Shown: in pieces, positions 1 through 8,269 of the stretch
Layout: each line of letters opens with the position of its first letter
Numbering within the stretch: the first letter of the stretch is position 1
NCBI GenBank assembly: GCA_033721115.1
Contig: JAWWBD010000001.1
Span: forward strand, 1 to 38,619
Direction: 5' to 3'
DNA from: Woeseiaceae bacterium
GTDB lineage: Bacteria > Pseudomonadota > Gammaproteobacteria > Steroidobacterales > Woeseiaceae
DNA length: 38,619 nucleotides
Program-made: the position numbers and the translations under genes
Notes under the pieces: generated by a model
The model's database searches: none
What the model saw: the letters and a program-made list of their open reading frames with translations, nothing else
What the model was told of the DNA's origin: nothing

Positions 1-725
1 CGCGGGCAGGCACTCCGCAGGCCCGCCCCGCCACCGAAGAGGTCAAGGTCATCGGGCTGCGCCGCATCATCGCCGAGCGCATGGCCCAGGCGACGCGCGA
101 GATCCCGCACTTCACCTACGTCGAGGAAATCGACGTCACCGAGCTCGAGGCCCTGCGCCGCCACCTGAACGCGAAACAGGACGACGCCGACCGGCGCCTC
201 ACGCTGCTGCCGTTTCTCGGCCTCGCCCTGGTCCGGGCCTTGCGGGAGTTCCCGCAGTGCAATGCAACCTACGACAAGGACCGGAACGTGATCATCCGGC
301 ACGGGCCCGTGCACCTCGGCATCGCGACCCAGACCGGCGACGGCCTGAAAGTGCCCGTCGTGAAAGATGCGGACCAGTTGACCCTCGACGAACTCGCGGC
401 GGAGATCCGGCGCGTGTCGGCCGCCGCGCGCGACAACAGCATCCGGAAGAACGAACTGACGGGCTCGACGATCACGATCACCAGCCTCGGCAGGCTGGGC
501 GGCATCGTCTCGACGCCCGTGATCAACCTGCCCGAGGTCGGCATCATCGGCGTGAACCGGGCCGTGGAGCGGCCGGCCGTCATCGACGGCCAGGTCACGG
601 TGCGCCGGATGATGAACCTGTCGTCGTCATTCGACCATCGCTTCGTCGACGGCTACGACGCCGCCGCGATGATCCAGCGCATCAGGGAAATGCTGGAACA
701 CCCCGCGACAATATTCCTGCCCTGA
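1..725 (+). CDS. 2-oxoacid dehydrogenase E2 component (dihydrolipoamide acyltransferase), C-terminal catalytic domain; 5' end lies outside the window
   Basis: The frame is open from base 3 to the stop at 723-725. Translation reads ...VIGLRRIIAERMAQATREIPHFTYVEEIDVTEL... and carries the catalytic DHRxxDG motif (SSFDHRFVDGYDAA) of the acyltransferase family. The listed ORF start at 81 is an internal Met. Confidence 0.85.
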   Translation, partial: RAGTPQARPATEEVKVIGLRRIIAERMAQATREIPHFTYVEEIDVTELEALRRHLNAKQDDADRRLTLLPFLGLALVRALREFPQCNATYDKDRNVIIRHGPVHLGIATQTGDGLKVPVVKDADQLTLDELAAEIRRVSAAARDNSIRKNELTGSTITITSLGRLGGIVSTPVINLPEVGIIGVNRAVERPAVIDGQVTVRRMMNLSSSFDHRFVDGYDAAAMIQRIREMLEHPATIFLP

Positions 726-1674
726 CTGCGCCGACCTCGCCGGTCTCGAGGAACACCTGTACCGGGCACAGCGAATCGAGCCTGAGCTCGCGCGTGTTGC
801 GCAATCCGAGTTGCGCGTACTTTTCAATTAGCCGCTCCTCGTTCGCGATCGAGTAGAGCTCGGGCCGTTCCCAGTACTGCGGGCAGAACTCCAGCAATCG
901 CCGCCGCATGTGCGGGTACAGGAGCGCGTCGTAGTGATTGACGTTCAGCGCCTCGTCCCAGTACTCGTTGACGTGGTCAGCCCAGTCGAACGCGCGCTGG
1001 ACGACCCAGCCACCGCCCTCCCAGCGGAGTATTGCCGGCTTGCCCGGGACGATATCGTCCTCGAACAGGCTGCGGTAGAAGCGGTGGCCCTCGTAATTCG
1101 CGACGAGGTCCGCGTTCGAGTAGGCCCCCGTCGTCATGCGACCGAAGATCGCCCGCTCCGTGTAGGCGGAACGCTCGGCCGCCTTCGCCTCCGAACCGTA
1201 GCGCCGCCAGCGCTTGTAGAACTTGCGCCCCTGCGACAGGAAATGCCCGATCTTGTCCGAGCCGACGAATTGCCCGTTGAGCAGGATCGTATCGCCGACG
1301 CCGAAGAGCTTGGTCACGCGCGTCGCCCAGGGCGGGTGACCGGAGAGAATGCTGCCGTAGCGCGGCACGGGAAGCTTTTCCACCTCGTCCGAACGCATGG
1401 CCCAGCGCTCGAGCCTGTCGACCCAGTGGTGGCCGCCGATTTCGTGATAGATCGCGCTGACGAACGCCCATTCGTCACGGCCGCCCTCCCAGTCGGCGGC
1501 AATGCCCGCGATCGTCTCGTTGACCCGCGCGTTCAGCACGGCCGTCGAATCCGCGATGGGCACGCCGCGGTTGGTCACCTGGTCGGTCTCGTACGCCGCC
1601 CCGGGAATCGCGACGCACGCTGCGGCCGCCGCGACGGCGGCCCTGCGCATCAGCCTGGCAGTCCGCTCAATCAA
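682..1674 (-). CDS. exported hypothetical protein (no family recognised)
   Basis: 330-aa ORF with non-shadow amino-acid composition (W/Y/F/K-rich). It has a signal-like N-terminus, MRRAAVAAAAACVAIPGAAYE (alternative start at 1650). Its start overlaps the stop of the upstream barrel gene by 8 nt, which suggests an operon. Confidence 0.55.
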   Translation of the reverse strand: MIERTARLMRRAAVAAAAACVAIPGAAYETDQVTNRGVPIADSTAVLNARVNETIAGIAADWEGGRDEWAFVSAIYHEIGGHHWVDRLERWAMRSDEVEKLPVPRYGSILSGHPPWATRVTKLFGVGDTILLNGQFVGSDKIGHFLSQGRKFYKRWRRYGSEAKAAERSAYTERAIFGRMTTGAYSNADLVANYEGHRFYRSLFEDDIVPGKPAILRWEGGGWVVQRAFDWADHVNEYWDEALNVNHYDALLYPHMRRRLLEFCPQYWERPELYSIANEERLIEKYAQLGLRNTRELRLDSLCPVQVFLETGEVGAVRAGILSRGVPAFP

Positions 1675-2482
1675 AACGCCGCGTGATGTTGGCGAGCACG
1701 GTCCGGCGATCGCCGCCGCCGACCTCTACCGTGGTCTCCCAATTGCCCGCGAAAGTTGCGTGCATGCCGAAACTGAGATTGAAATCTTTCGCCTGCGACA
1801 GGTCGACCGCGAAGTCGAGCGGCACGGGGTTGGTCAGCGGCGGCGGCAACGGCACGAAGGGCCCCAGATCGAGCGCGATCGTGCCGCTGTGGGTTTCTTC
1901 CGCGTCGATGATGTAACCGCCGATCCAGAATTCCGTGTTGTCGCCGAAGCGCGCCCCGATGCGCGGCTGCAGCGTCGTGGCGTCGACGCTGGAGTCGAAC
2001 TGGCCGCCGAGATCGGTGTCGGTCACCGTGCCCGTAACCGAGGCGAACCAGCGCTCGCCGCCGATGGCGACCGTGATCCCGCCGCCGTACACGTCGCCGT
2101 CGTAGTCGACGGTCAGCGAATTGGCCTCCGGCGGCAGCGGCAGCCCGAGGACGCTGAGGTCGATGTGCGTCTCACCGTCGATGCGACCGTAGATCGCGAA
2201 CACGTTCAAAAACGGGAACACCCAGACGTCGAATTTGAGGTCCGTATGGCGAACGTCGTTCTCGATCGGCAGGATGCCGGGGTCGGTAATCGGCAGGACC
2301 GGCGGCGCGAAGCTCAGGAAGTCGAGCTGGTAGGGCTGGGACATCTCGAAATAGTCGAGCCCGATGCCCCAGGTCGCGGGCAGCACCCGGTCGCCGGCCA
2401 AGTCGTTGCCGAACAGCGCGTCCGCTTGCGCGACGGGCGCTGCAAAAGCGAGGCCGGCCGCAAGGATTTTGGTGATTCGCAT
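1667..2482 (-). CDS. putative outer-membrane beta-barrel protein
   Basis: I moved the start to ATG 2482 (MRITKILAAGLAFAAPVAQA signal peptide), preceded by GGGGGAGAA 4 nt upstream. The sequence shows an alternating beta-strand-like pattern with G/Y/F/D-rich turns and ends ...ANITRRFD. The N-terminal 46 aa of the listed ORF are Pro/Ala/Gly junk. Confidence 0.6.
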   Translation of the reverse strand: MRITKILAAGLAFAAPVAQADALFGNDLAGDRVLPATWGIGLDYFEMSQPYQLDFLSFAPPVLPITDPGILPIENDVRHTDLKFDVWVFPFLNVFAIYGRIDGETHIDLSVLGLPLPPEANSLTVDYDGDVYGGGITVAIGGERWFASVTGTVTDTDLGGQFDSSVDATTLQPRIGARFGDNTEFWIGGYIIDAEETHSGTIALDLGPFVPLPPPLTNPVPLDFAVDLSQAKDFNLSFGMHATFAGNWETTVEVGGGDRRTVLANITRRFD

Positions 2483-2658
2483 CGCGTTCTCCCCCGATAG
2501 TTCCCACGCGGCGCGGCTCGCAGGCGGCAGGAGCCGGGCCGGCCCCAATATACCACCGGCTGCCGGCGCGGACGGTGGCGAAACCGCAGAGCCGCTGCCA
2601 GCCGGCCCTTTATGTCGCATAATCCCCGCTCCAAGGCGTTGACGGGAGCATAGCGACG

Positions 2659-3687
2659 ATGACGGGCAATACGGTTCGGCTCGAAGCGCCCTACCTGCTG
2701 TTCATGGGTGCGGTCGCCGACGACGGGCACGGCAAGACCGGGCAGGGCATAGCCTACTGGCGACCCGAACTCTGCGCCGGCCAGATGCGCCTGCCGGGCT
2801 GCGAGGTGGACCTCGGCCTGCCGGAACTCGACGTCGAGGGCGCCGCCGCGGCGGGCGTCCGTACCGCCATCATCGGCATTGCGTCGACCGGGGGCGTGCT
2901 CCTCGATGAGTGGATGCCGGCGCTGACCGGCCTCGCCCGCGCCGGTATCGACATCGCCGCGGGCACGCACAAACGACTCTCCGATTCCCCCGAGCTCGTC
3001 GAAGCCGCGAAAGCGGGCGGCGCGCGGCTCGTCGACGTCCGCAACCCGCCGCGCAACCTGCCCGTCGGCAGCGGGGTCCGGCGCAGCGGCCGGCGCGTGC
3101 TCGCGGTCGGCACTGACTGCGCCGTCGGCAAGAAGTACACGGCGCTCGCGCTGCACCGGGAGCTCGAGGGGCGCGGCGTCGACGCGGACTTCCGGGCCAC
3201 GGGGCAGACCGGCATCATGATCGCCGGCCGCGGCATCCCGATCGACGCGGTCGTCGCCGACTTCGTCTCCGGCGCCGCCGAGGTTCTTTCGCCCGCGGCG
3301 GCGGACGATCACTGGGACGTGATCGAGGGCCAGGGCGCCATCCTGCACCCGAGCTACGCCGGCGTGACCCTCGGGCTCCTGCACGGCTCGCAGCCGGACG
3401 CACTCGTCCTGTGTCACGACGCGACGCGCGACAAGCTGAAAGGCATGGAAGCCGACTTCCCGATCCCGCCGCTCGACGAGCTCGCGAACCTGCTGCTCGC
3501 GCTCGCCCGCCCCGTGAATCCGGACTGCTTCTGGGCGGGGATCAGCGTCGACACCTCGGACTTCGACGATGCGAGGCGTGCGGATTACCTTGCCGGGCTG
3601 GAGGATCGCTACGGCGTGCCGGCCGGTGATCCCGTTGCCGGCAACATCGCGAACATCGTTGATCGCCTGCTGGAACAATGCCGATGA
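2659..3687 (+). CDS. dgcN: DUF1611-family protein, DgcN-like (putative D-glutamate N-acetyltransferase)
   Basis: 342 aa with the typical DUF1611 layout, including GTDCAVGKKYTALAL (P-loop-like) and GQGAILHPSYAGVTLGLLHGSQPD. It sits directly upstream of, and overlaps, an enolase-superfamily epimerase gene, as in the described dgcN-dgcA pair. Confidence 0.7.
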   Translation: MTGNTVRLEAPYLLFMGAVADDGHGKTGQGIAYWRPELCAGQMRLPGCEVDLGLPELDVEGAAAAGVRTAIIGIASTGGVLLDEWMPALTGLARAGIDIAAGTHKRLSDSPELVEAAKAGGARLVDVRNPPRNLPVGSGVRRSGRRVLAVGTDCAVGKKYTALALHRELEGRGVDADFRATGQTGIMIAGRGIPIDAVVADFVSGAAEVLSPAAADDHWDVIEGQGAILHPSYAGVTLGLLHGSQPDALVLCHDATRDKLKGMEADFPIPPLDELANLLLALARPVNPDCFWAGISVDTSDFDDARRADYLAGLEDRYGVPAGDPVAGNIANIVDRLLEQCR

Positions 3688-4691
3688 AACGCCGGGTCGC
3701 CAATCACATCGAGAACTGGCTCGCGCTGATCCCGTTCCGCATTTCGCGGCACACCTGGGATGACTTCCCCTGCGTCGTCTGCGAGATCGAACAGGATGGC
3801 TGCATCGGCCGCGGTGAGGCCCTCGGCGTCTACTACCTCGACGAGGATGACCGCAAGCTGCTCGCCCAGCTGGACGCGATTGCGCCGGAGTTGGCAAAGG
3901 GCGCCGGTCGCCGCGAACTGATGGACCTGCTGCCCCCGGGCGGCGCACGCGCGGCCGCCGACGCCGCGCTCTGGGATCTCGAGGCCCAGCTGTCGGGCGT
4001 ATCGGCCTGGGAGTCGGCGGGCGTGCGCCCCGACCCGGTCGAGACCGTGTTCACGATCGGCCTGGAGGCGGAGCCCGCGGCAATGGGCGCGCGTGCCGCG
4101 GCGGCGACCGATCTCGACCTGTTCAAGATCAAGCTCAACGACGATCGCCCCGTCGAACGCATCGCGGCGATACGCGAAGCGCGCCCCGACGCGCGGCTCG
4201 TCGTCGACGTGAACGAAGGCTGGGAGTTCGAACAACTGGCCGAGGTCGCGCCCGCGCTCGCCGGGTACGGCGTGAGCATGATCGAACAGCCGCTCAAGCG
4301 TGGCAACGATGCGGCGCTCGACGGCTTCGAGTATCCGCTGCCGCTCTGTGCGGACGAGTCCTGCCAGCACCTTGGCGAGCTCGACGAAATCGCGGGGCGC
4401 TACCAGATGATCAACATCAAGCTCGACAAGTGCGGCGGCCTGACGCACGGCCTCGAACTTGCCGCTGCCGCGCGCGAACGCGGCCTCGGGCTGATGGTCG
4501 GTTGCATGGGCGGCACTTCGCTGTGCATGGCGCCGATGCACGTGCTGGCACAGCTTGCCGACTTCGTCGACATCGACGGGCCGCTCCTTCTGAAGAACGA
4601 CCGCCCCGGCGGCTTCCGCTACGAGCGTGGCAAGGTATCGCTGCCGGCGCGGCGCTTCTGGGGTGTGGCGAGTTCCGGTGAAGATCGCTGA
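3678..4691 (+). CDS. dgcA: enolase-superfamily racemase/epimerase (dipeptide-epimerase-like), DgcA-like N-acetyl-D-glutamate racemase
   Basis: It carries a KxK motif (DLFKIKLN), metal-ligand motifs DVNEGW / MIEQP / CADES, and a second catalytic Lys (NIKLDKCGG). The start overlaps the dgcN stop, either at ATG 3678 or as an ATGA overlap at 3684. Confidence 0.7.
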   Translation: MPMKRRVANHIENWLALIPFRISRHTWDDFPCVVCEIEQDGCIGRGEALGVYYLDEDDRKLLAQLDAIAPELAKGAGRRELMDLLPPGGARAAADAALWDLEAQLSGVSAWESAGVRPDPVETVFTIGLEAEPAAMGARAAAATDLDLFKIKLNDDRPVERIAAIREARPDARLVVDVNEGWEFEQLAEVAPALAGYGVSMIEQPLKRGNDAALDGFEYPLPLCADESCQHLGELDEIAGRYQMINIKLDKCGGLTHGLELAAAARERGLGLMVGCMGGTSLCMAPMHVLAQLADFVDIDGPLLLKNDRPGGFRYERGKVSLPARRFWGVASSGEDR

Positions 4692-4780
4692 TCGCGGCCA
4701 TGGGCCGCTCCTACGATCTTCGGTACAGGCGACCCACGGCCGCGACCCAACCCGCCTGTAGGAGCGGCCCGTGGCCGCGA
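4692..4780. repeat. REP-like nested palindrome pair in a convergent intergenic gap; possible bidirectional terminator
   Basis: TCGCGGCCATGGGCCGCTCCTAC (4692-4714) and its reverse complement GTAGGAGCGGCCCGTGGCCGCGA (4758-4780) match at 22 of 23 positions. Each arm also contains its own small palindrome, GCGGCC-NNN-GGCCGC. The GCTCCTAC / GTAGGAGC tail resembles REP elements of Pseudomonas-like genomes. Confidence 0.5.
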
Positions 4781-4788
4781 CCGCCGCC

Positions 4789-5658
4789 TCAGCCGAACGT
4801 CTTCGAGACCAGCGGCTCCCGGTCGCTGACCGCGGCGCGTTTCATGCCGCCGGAGTTGTAGCGCATCACGACTTCGCCGTCGCGGCGCACGGCGATGACG
4901 CCGCCGTCGCCGCCGAGCCGGCGCACCTCCGCGAGCATTTCGTCCACGGCCATCGCGAGCGACGCACCTGCGCGGAGCCGGTATGCGACGGCGAGCGCTC
5001 CGCCGGCGCGGATGATCTGTTCGCCGACGCCGGTACAGGACACCGCGACGTCGTCATCAGCCCAGGTGCCGGCACCGACCAGTGGCGTGTCCCCGACCCG
5101 GCCCTCGAGCTTGCCGAAGGTGCCGCCGGTCGAGGTCGCTGCCGCCAGCGCACCCCGCCGGTCGCGTGCGACGGCGCCGACGGTACCGTGCCGACCGCGG
5201 GCCTCGTCGGCCCGGACACCGACCGGCAAGCGGTACCATGCGCGGGCATCTTCGACGAGTTCGAACCCTTCCGCCCGCGCGAACGCGAGTGCGCCGGCAC
5301 CGGCCAGCAGCACGTGCGGCGTGCGCTCCATGACCCCGCGCGCGACGCGGACCGGGCATGCGATGCCGCTGACGGCGGCCACCGCGCCCGCTGCCCGCGT
5401 CGCGCCCGCCATGATCGAAGCATCGAGTTCCACGTAGCCCGCCACGTTCGGTGCCGAACCGCGCCCGGCGACGTACAGCCCGCTCGTTTCCATTTCGGCA
5501 ACGACGTCCTCCACGACGTCGAGTGCATGCGCACCCCCGGCGAGACGCTGCCGCGCCGCCTCCGCCAGCCCGGCCAGGTGCTGTTCGGTTGCCGCGTAAT
5601 CCCTGCCCGCTATGGCGCCGGCACCGCCGTGAATCGCCAGGGCGTGGTGCTTGTCTAT
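4789..5658 (-). CDS. iaaA: isoaspartyl peptidase / L-asparaginase (Ntn hydrolase, plant-type asparaginase family)
   Basis: The translation reads ...HHALAIHGGAGAI...DASIMAG...GTVGAVARD (autoprocessing Thr)...TSTGG...GDTPLVGAG...CTGVGE. There is no ATG/GTG/TTG near the conserved N-terminus. The best candidate start is ATA at 5658-5656, 6 nt downstream of GGGGAGAA. The stop is firm; the start is uncertain. Confidence 0.8.
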   Translation of the reverse strand: MDKHHALAIHGGAGAIAGRDYAATEQHLAGLAEAARQRLAGGAHALDVVEDVVAEMETSGLYVAGRGSAPNVAGYVELDASIMAGATRAAGAVAAVSGIACPVRVARGVMERTPHVLLAGAGALAFARAEGFELVEDARAWYRLPVGVRADEARGRHGTVGAVARDRRGALAAATSTGGTFGKLEGRVGDTPLVGAGTWADDDVAVSCTGVGEQIIRAGGALAVAYRLRAGASLAMAVDEMLAEVRRLGGDGGVIAVRRDGEVVMRYNSGGMKRAAVSDREPLVSKTFG

Positions 5659-5757
5659 GGTCGGTTCTCCCCGTTCGGGCCCGCGCCGGAACTCGGCCCG
5701 GCGCGAGCGGTCTGTTGGATCATCATAAATCGAAAAACCAACCGGGGGCGCGACGCG

Positions 5758-7011
5758 ATGGGGATCCGTCCGATTCTCCTGAACCTGTTGCTGGCATCGG
5801 CATTTGCAGCTGCCGACGACGGCGTGCCGGAGTTTACCGACCGGGTCGGCACCCTGCCGCTCGATGCCGTGCTCGATTCGCGCGGCAACCTCGGCGGGAT
5901 GACCGTCGATCGCCTCGGCTTCGTCTACGTCGCGAATTTCCGCGATGCCGTCTGGCGCGTCGGGCCGGACGGCGACGTGAAGGAACTCAGCCGCTCGCTG
6001 TACGGCTCGTCGGGCAACGCGGTGGACAGCCGCGGCGATCTCTACCAGGCGAGCTTTTTCGGCAATACGATCACGCGCATTACTCGCGCAGGCGACGAGG
6101 CAATCATCATCGACAAGGGACTGGCGGGCCCCGTCGGGCTCGCGTTCGACGCCGGCGACACGCTCTACGTCTGCAACTGCAACGGCAATACGCTCGCGCG
6201 TGCCGGCACCGACGGCACGGCTTCCGTGTTTGCAGAAAGCGAACTGTTCGCATGCCCCAACGGCATCGCGCTGGCAAGCGACGGCAACCTGTACGTCACC
6301 AACTTCAACAGCACCAGGATCCTGCGCGTGACGCCCGAGGGCGACGTGTCGGTATTTGTCGACGTGCCGGGCGGCGCGGGCAATGCCCATCTCGTCTTCA
6401 GCAAGGGCTTTTTCTACGTCACGCGGATCATCGCCAACACGGTCGTGAAGATCAGCATGGACGGCGAGGTGCTGCCGGTCGCGGGAACGGGCCAGGTCGG
6501 CCACGACGACGGGCCGGGACCCGCCGCAACGCTCGCCCACCCCAACGGCATCACGGTCTCGCCGACCGGCGACCGGCTTTATCTCAACACGATCGTCGGC
6601 GCCTACGGCGAGCCGCAGCCGGCCGAACTCACGATCCGCACGATCGACGTCGTCACACTGACAGGCGTGCTCGACGAGGCCATGGTGACGGGCGGCCTCG
6701 AGGCGGCGCAACGCGCTTACGCGCGGTTCAAGGCGGACCCGGTCCGCGGGCGAGAGAATACGAGCGGCGAAATGGTTCGGTACGGCTACCGCTGGCTGCG
6801 CGATGTGCGCATTCCCGAGGCGCTGGTCTTTTTCCGGCTCAATGCCGAATCCTATCCGGACAACGCGATCGCCCAGTACCAGCTCGGCGAAGCGCTGCGC
6901 TACGCGGGCCAGGCCGACGCCGCGGCGGAACAGTACGAAAAAGCGCTCGCGCTCGATCCCGGGCATGCGCTCGCAAAGTCGCGGCTCGCCCAGCTCGGAA
7001 CCGGCTCGTGA
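5758..7011 (+). CDS. exported NHL/SMP-30-like beta-propeller protein with C-terminal TPR domain
   Basis: I moved the start to ATG 5758 (MGIRPILLNLLLASAFAAADD signal peptide). Repeated blades are visible (GFVYVANF, GDLYQASF, DTLYVCNC, GNLYVTNF, DRLYLNT). A TPR-like tail follows (AIAQYQLGEALRYAGQADAAAEQYEKALALDP). The upstream 329 codons of the listed ORF are antisense shadow of iaaA. Confidence 0.7.
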   Translation: MGIRPILLNLLLASAFAAADDGVPEFTDRVGTLPLDAVLDSRGNLGGMTVDRLGFVYVANFRDAVWRVGPDGDVKELSRSLYGSSGNAVDSRGDLYQASFFGNTITRITRAGDEAIIIDKGLAGPVGLAFDAGDTLYVCNCNGNTLARAGTDGTASVFAESELFACPNGIALASDGNLYVTNFNSTRILRVTPEGDVSVFVDVPGGAGNAHLVFSKGFFYVTRIIANTVVKISMDGEVLPVAGTGQVGHDDGPGPAATLAHPNGITVSPTGDRLYLNTIVGAYGEPQPAELTIRTIDVVTLTGVLDEAMVTGGLEAAQRAYARFKADPVRGRENTSGEMVRYGYRWLRDVRIPEALVFFRLNAESYPDNAIAQYQLGEALRYAGQADAAAEQYEKALALDPGHALAKSRLAQLGTGS

Positions 7012-7015
7012 ACGC

Positions 7016-8269
7016 CTAACGGGCTTCCGGTTTCAGGATCAGCATCTGCACATCGCCGAGCTCGCGCTCGGCGAAACCGCCCTCGCAAAAGCTCAGGTAG
7101 TAGTCCCACATCCGGATGAAATCTTCCGAGTAACCGAGCGTACGCACGGAATCGACCGCCGCGAAAAATCGTTCACGCCAGCAGCGGAGGGTCCGCGCAT
7201 AGTGCAGACCGATGTCCTCGAGGTGCACCAGCTGCATGTCGGTCTTCGCCGTCAGGATACGACACATATCCGTCACCGAGGTGAGGCAGCCGCCGGGGAA
7301 GATGTACTTGCGGATGAAGTCCGGTTCGTTCCGGTAGCTTGCGTAGCGCTGGTCCCGGATCGTGATGGCCTGCAGCAGCATTCGGCCGGCAGGCTTCAGC
7401 AAGGAGGCGCACTTGTCGAAGAATGTCTCGTGGTACTGGTGGCCGACGGCCTCGATCATCTCGATCGAGACGAGCTTGTCGAAGCGGCCCTCGAGATCGC
7501 GATAGTCCTGCTTGAGCAGCGTGATCCGCTCGCCGAGGCCCGCTTTCGCGATCGCCGCGCCGGCGTACTCGAACTGCTGGTCCGAGATCGTCGTCGTCGT
7601 GACCCGACAGCCGTAGTTCTCTGCGGCGTGGATCGCAAACCCGCCCCAGCCGCTGCCGATCTCAAGGACCGAGTCGCCGGGCCCGAGCTCGAGTTTCTCG
7701 CAAATGCGATCGAGCTTGAGCGTGGCCGCCTCGTCGAGCGGCATGTCCGGCGTCTCGAAGATCGCGCTCGAATACATCATCCGCTGGTCGAGCCAAAGCC
7801 GGTAGAAGTCGTTGCCAAGGTCGTAGTGCGCCGCGATGTTGCGCCGGCTGCCCTTGCGGGTATTCCGGTTGAGCCAGTGCATGACGCGCTGCAGCGGCAG
7901 GCCCAGCCTGGCGAGGCCCGAGTCGACGTTATCGAGCGCCTCGCGGTTGGCGAGCAGCAGGCGGACGAGGCGCGTGAGGTCGTTCGCGCTCCAGTATCCG
8001 CGGATGTAGGCCTCGCCGGCACCGATGGACCCGCCGAAAGCGACGTCGCCGAAGAAGCGCGGGTCCGCAACCCGGATTTCCACGGGCTCGGGGAAGCGCT
8101 CGGTTCGCGTGCCGAAACTCACCGACGCGTCCTGCTCCCGGATCGTAAGCTGCCCGTCGCGTATGCCGCGCAATCGCGTATGGACCAGGCGCCGGGCAAA
8201 CCGGTCGAAAGCCCCGGGGGCAGACGCCCCGGCCGGGAAGTCCGTCGATTCGAGCGGTTCCGCGCTCAT
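7016..8269 (-). CDS. cfa: cyclopropane-fatty-acyl-phospholipid synthase-like SAM-dependent methyltransferase
   Basis: It carries the CMAS-family motifs VLEIGSGWGGF, FDKLVSIEMIEAVGH and YYLSFCEGGF. I set the start at ATG 8269, which forms an ATGA overlap with the DUF1365 stop (8266-8268). Confidence 0.85.
   Translation of the reverse strand: MSAEPLESTDFPAGASAPGAFDRFARRLVHTRLRGIRDGQLTIREQDASVSFGTRTERFPEPVEIRVADPRFFGDVAFGGSIGAGEAYIRGYWSANDLTRLVRLLLANREALDNVDSGLARLGLPLQRVMHWLNRNTRKGSRRNIAAHYDLGNDFYRLWLDQRMMYSSAIFETPDMPLDEAATLKLDRICEKLELGPGDSVLEIGSGWGGFAIHAAENYGCRVTTTTISDQQFEYAGAAIAKAGLGERITLLKQDYRDLEGRFDKLVSIEMIEAVGHQYHETFFDKCASLLKPAGRMLLQAITIRDQRYASYRNEPDFIRKYIFPGGCLTSVTDMCRILTAKTDMQLVHLEDIGLHYARTLRCWRERFFAAVDSVRTLGYSEDFIRMWDYYLSFCEGGFAERELGDVQMLILKPEAR

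Noticed and set aside
797-817. TTGCGCAA and a nearby TTGCGCG that resemble the operator half-sites
   Set aside because: They lie inside a coding region, lack the N4 spacer and the CAATAG flank, and have no promoter context.
1429-1446. HEIGGH in the exported unknown protein as a zincin metalloprotease motif
   Set aside because: The spacing is HExxxH, not the HExxH of zincins, so I make no protease call.
2314-3948. 544-aa minus-strand ORF
   Set aside because: It is antisense to dgcN and spans an intergenic region. Its translation is Arg/Pro/Gly-rich, so it is a shadow ORF.
4771-5757. N-terminal 329 codons of the listed 746-aa plus-strand ORF, and the matching upstream extension of the 725-aa minus-strand ORF to 6966
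   Set aside because: The two long ORFs mirror each other. The real genes are iaaA (4789-5658, minus) and the NHL/TPR protein, which starts with a signal peptide at 5758 (plus).
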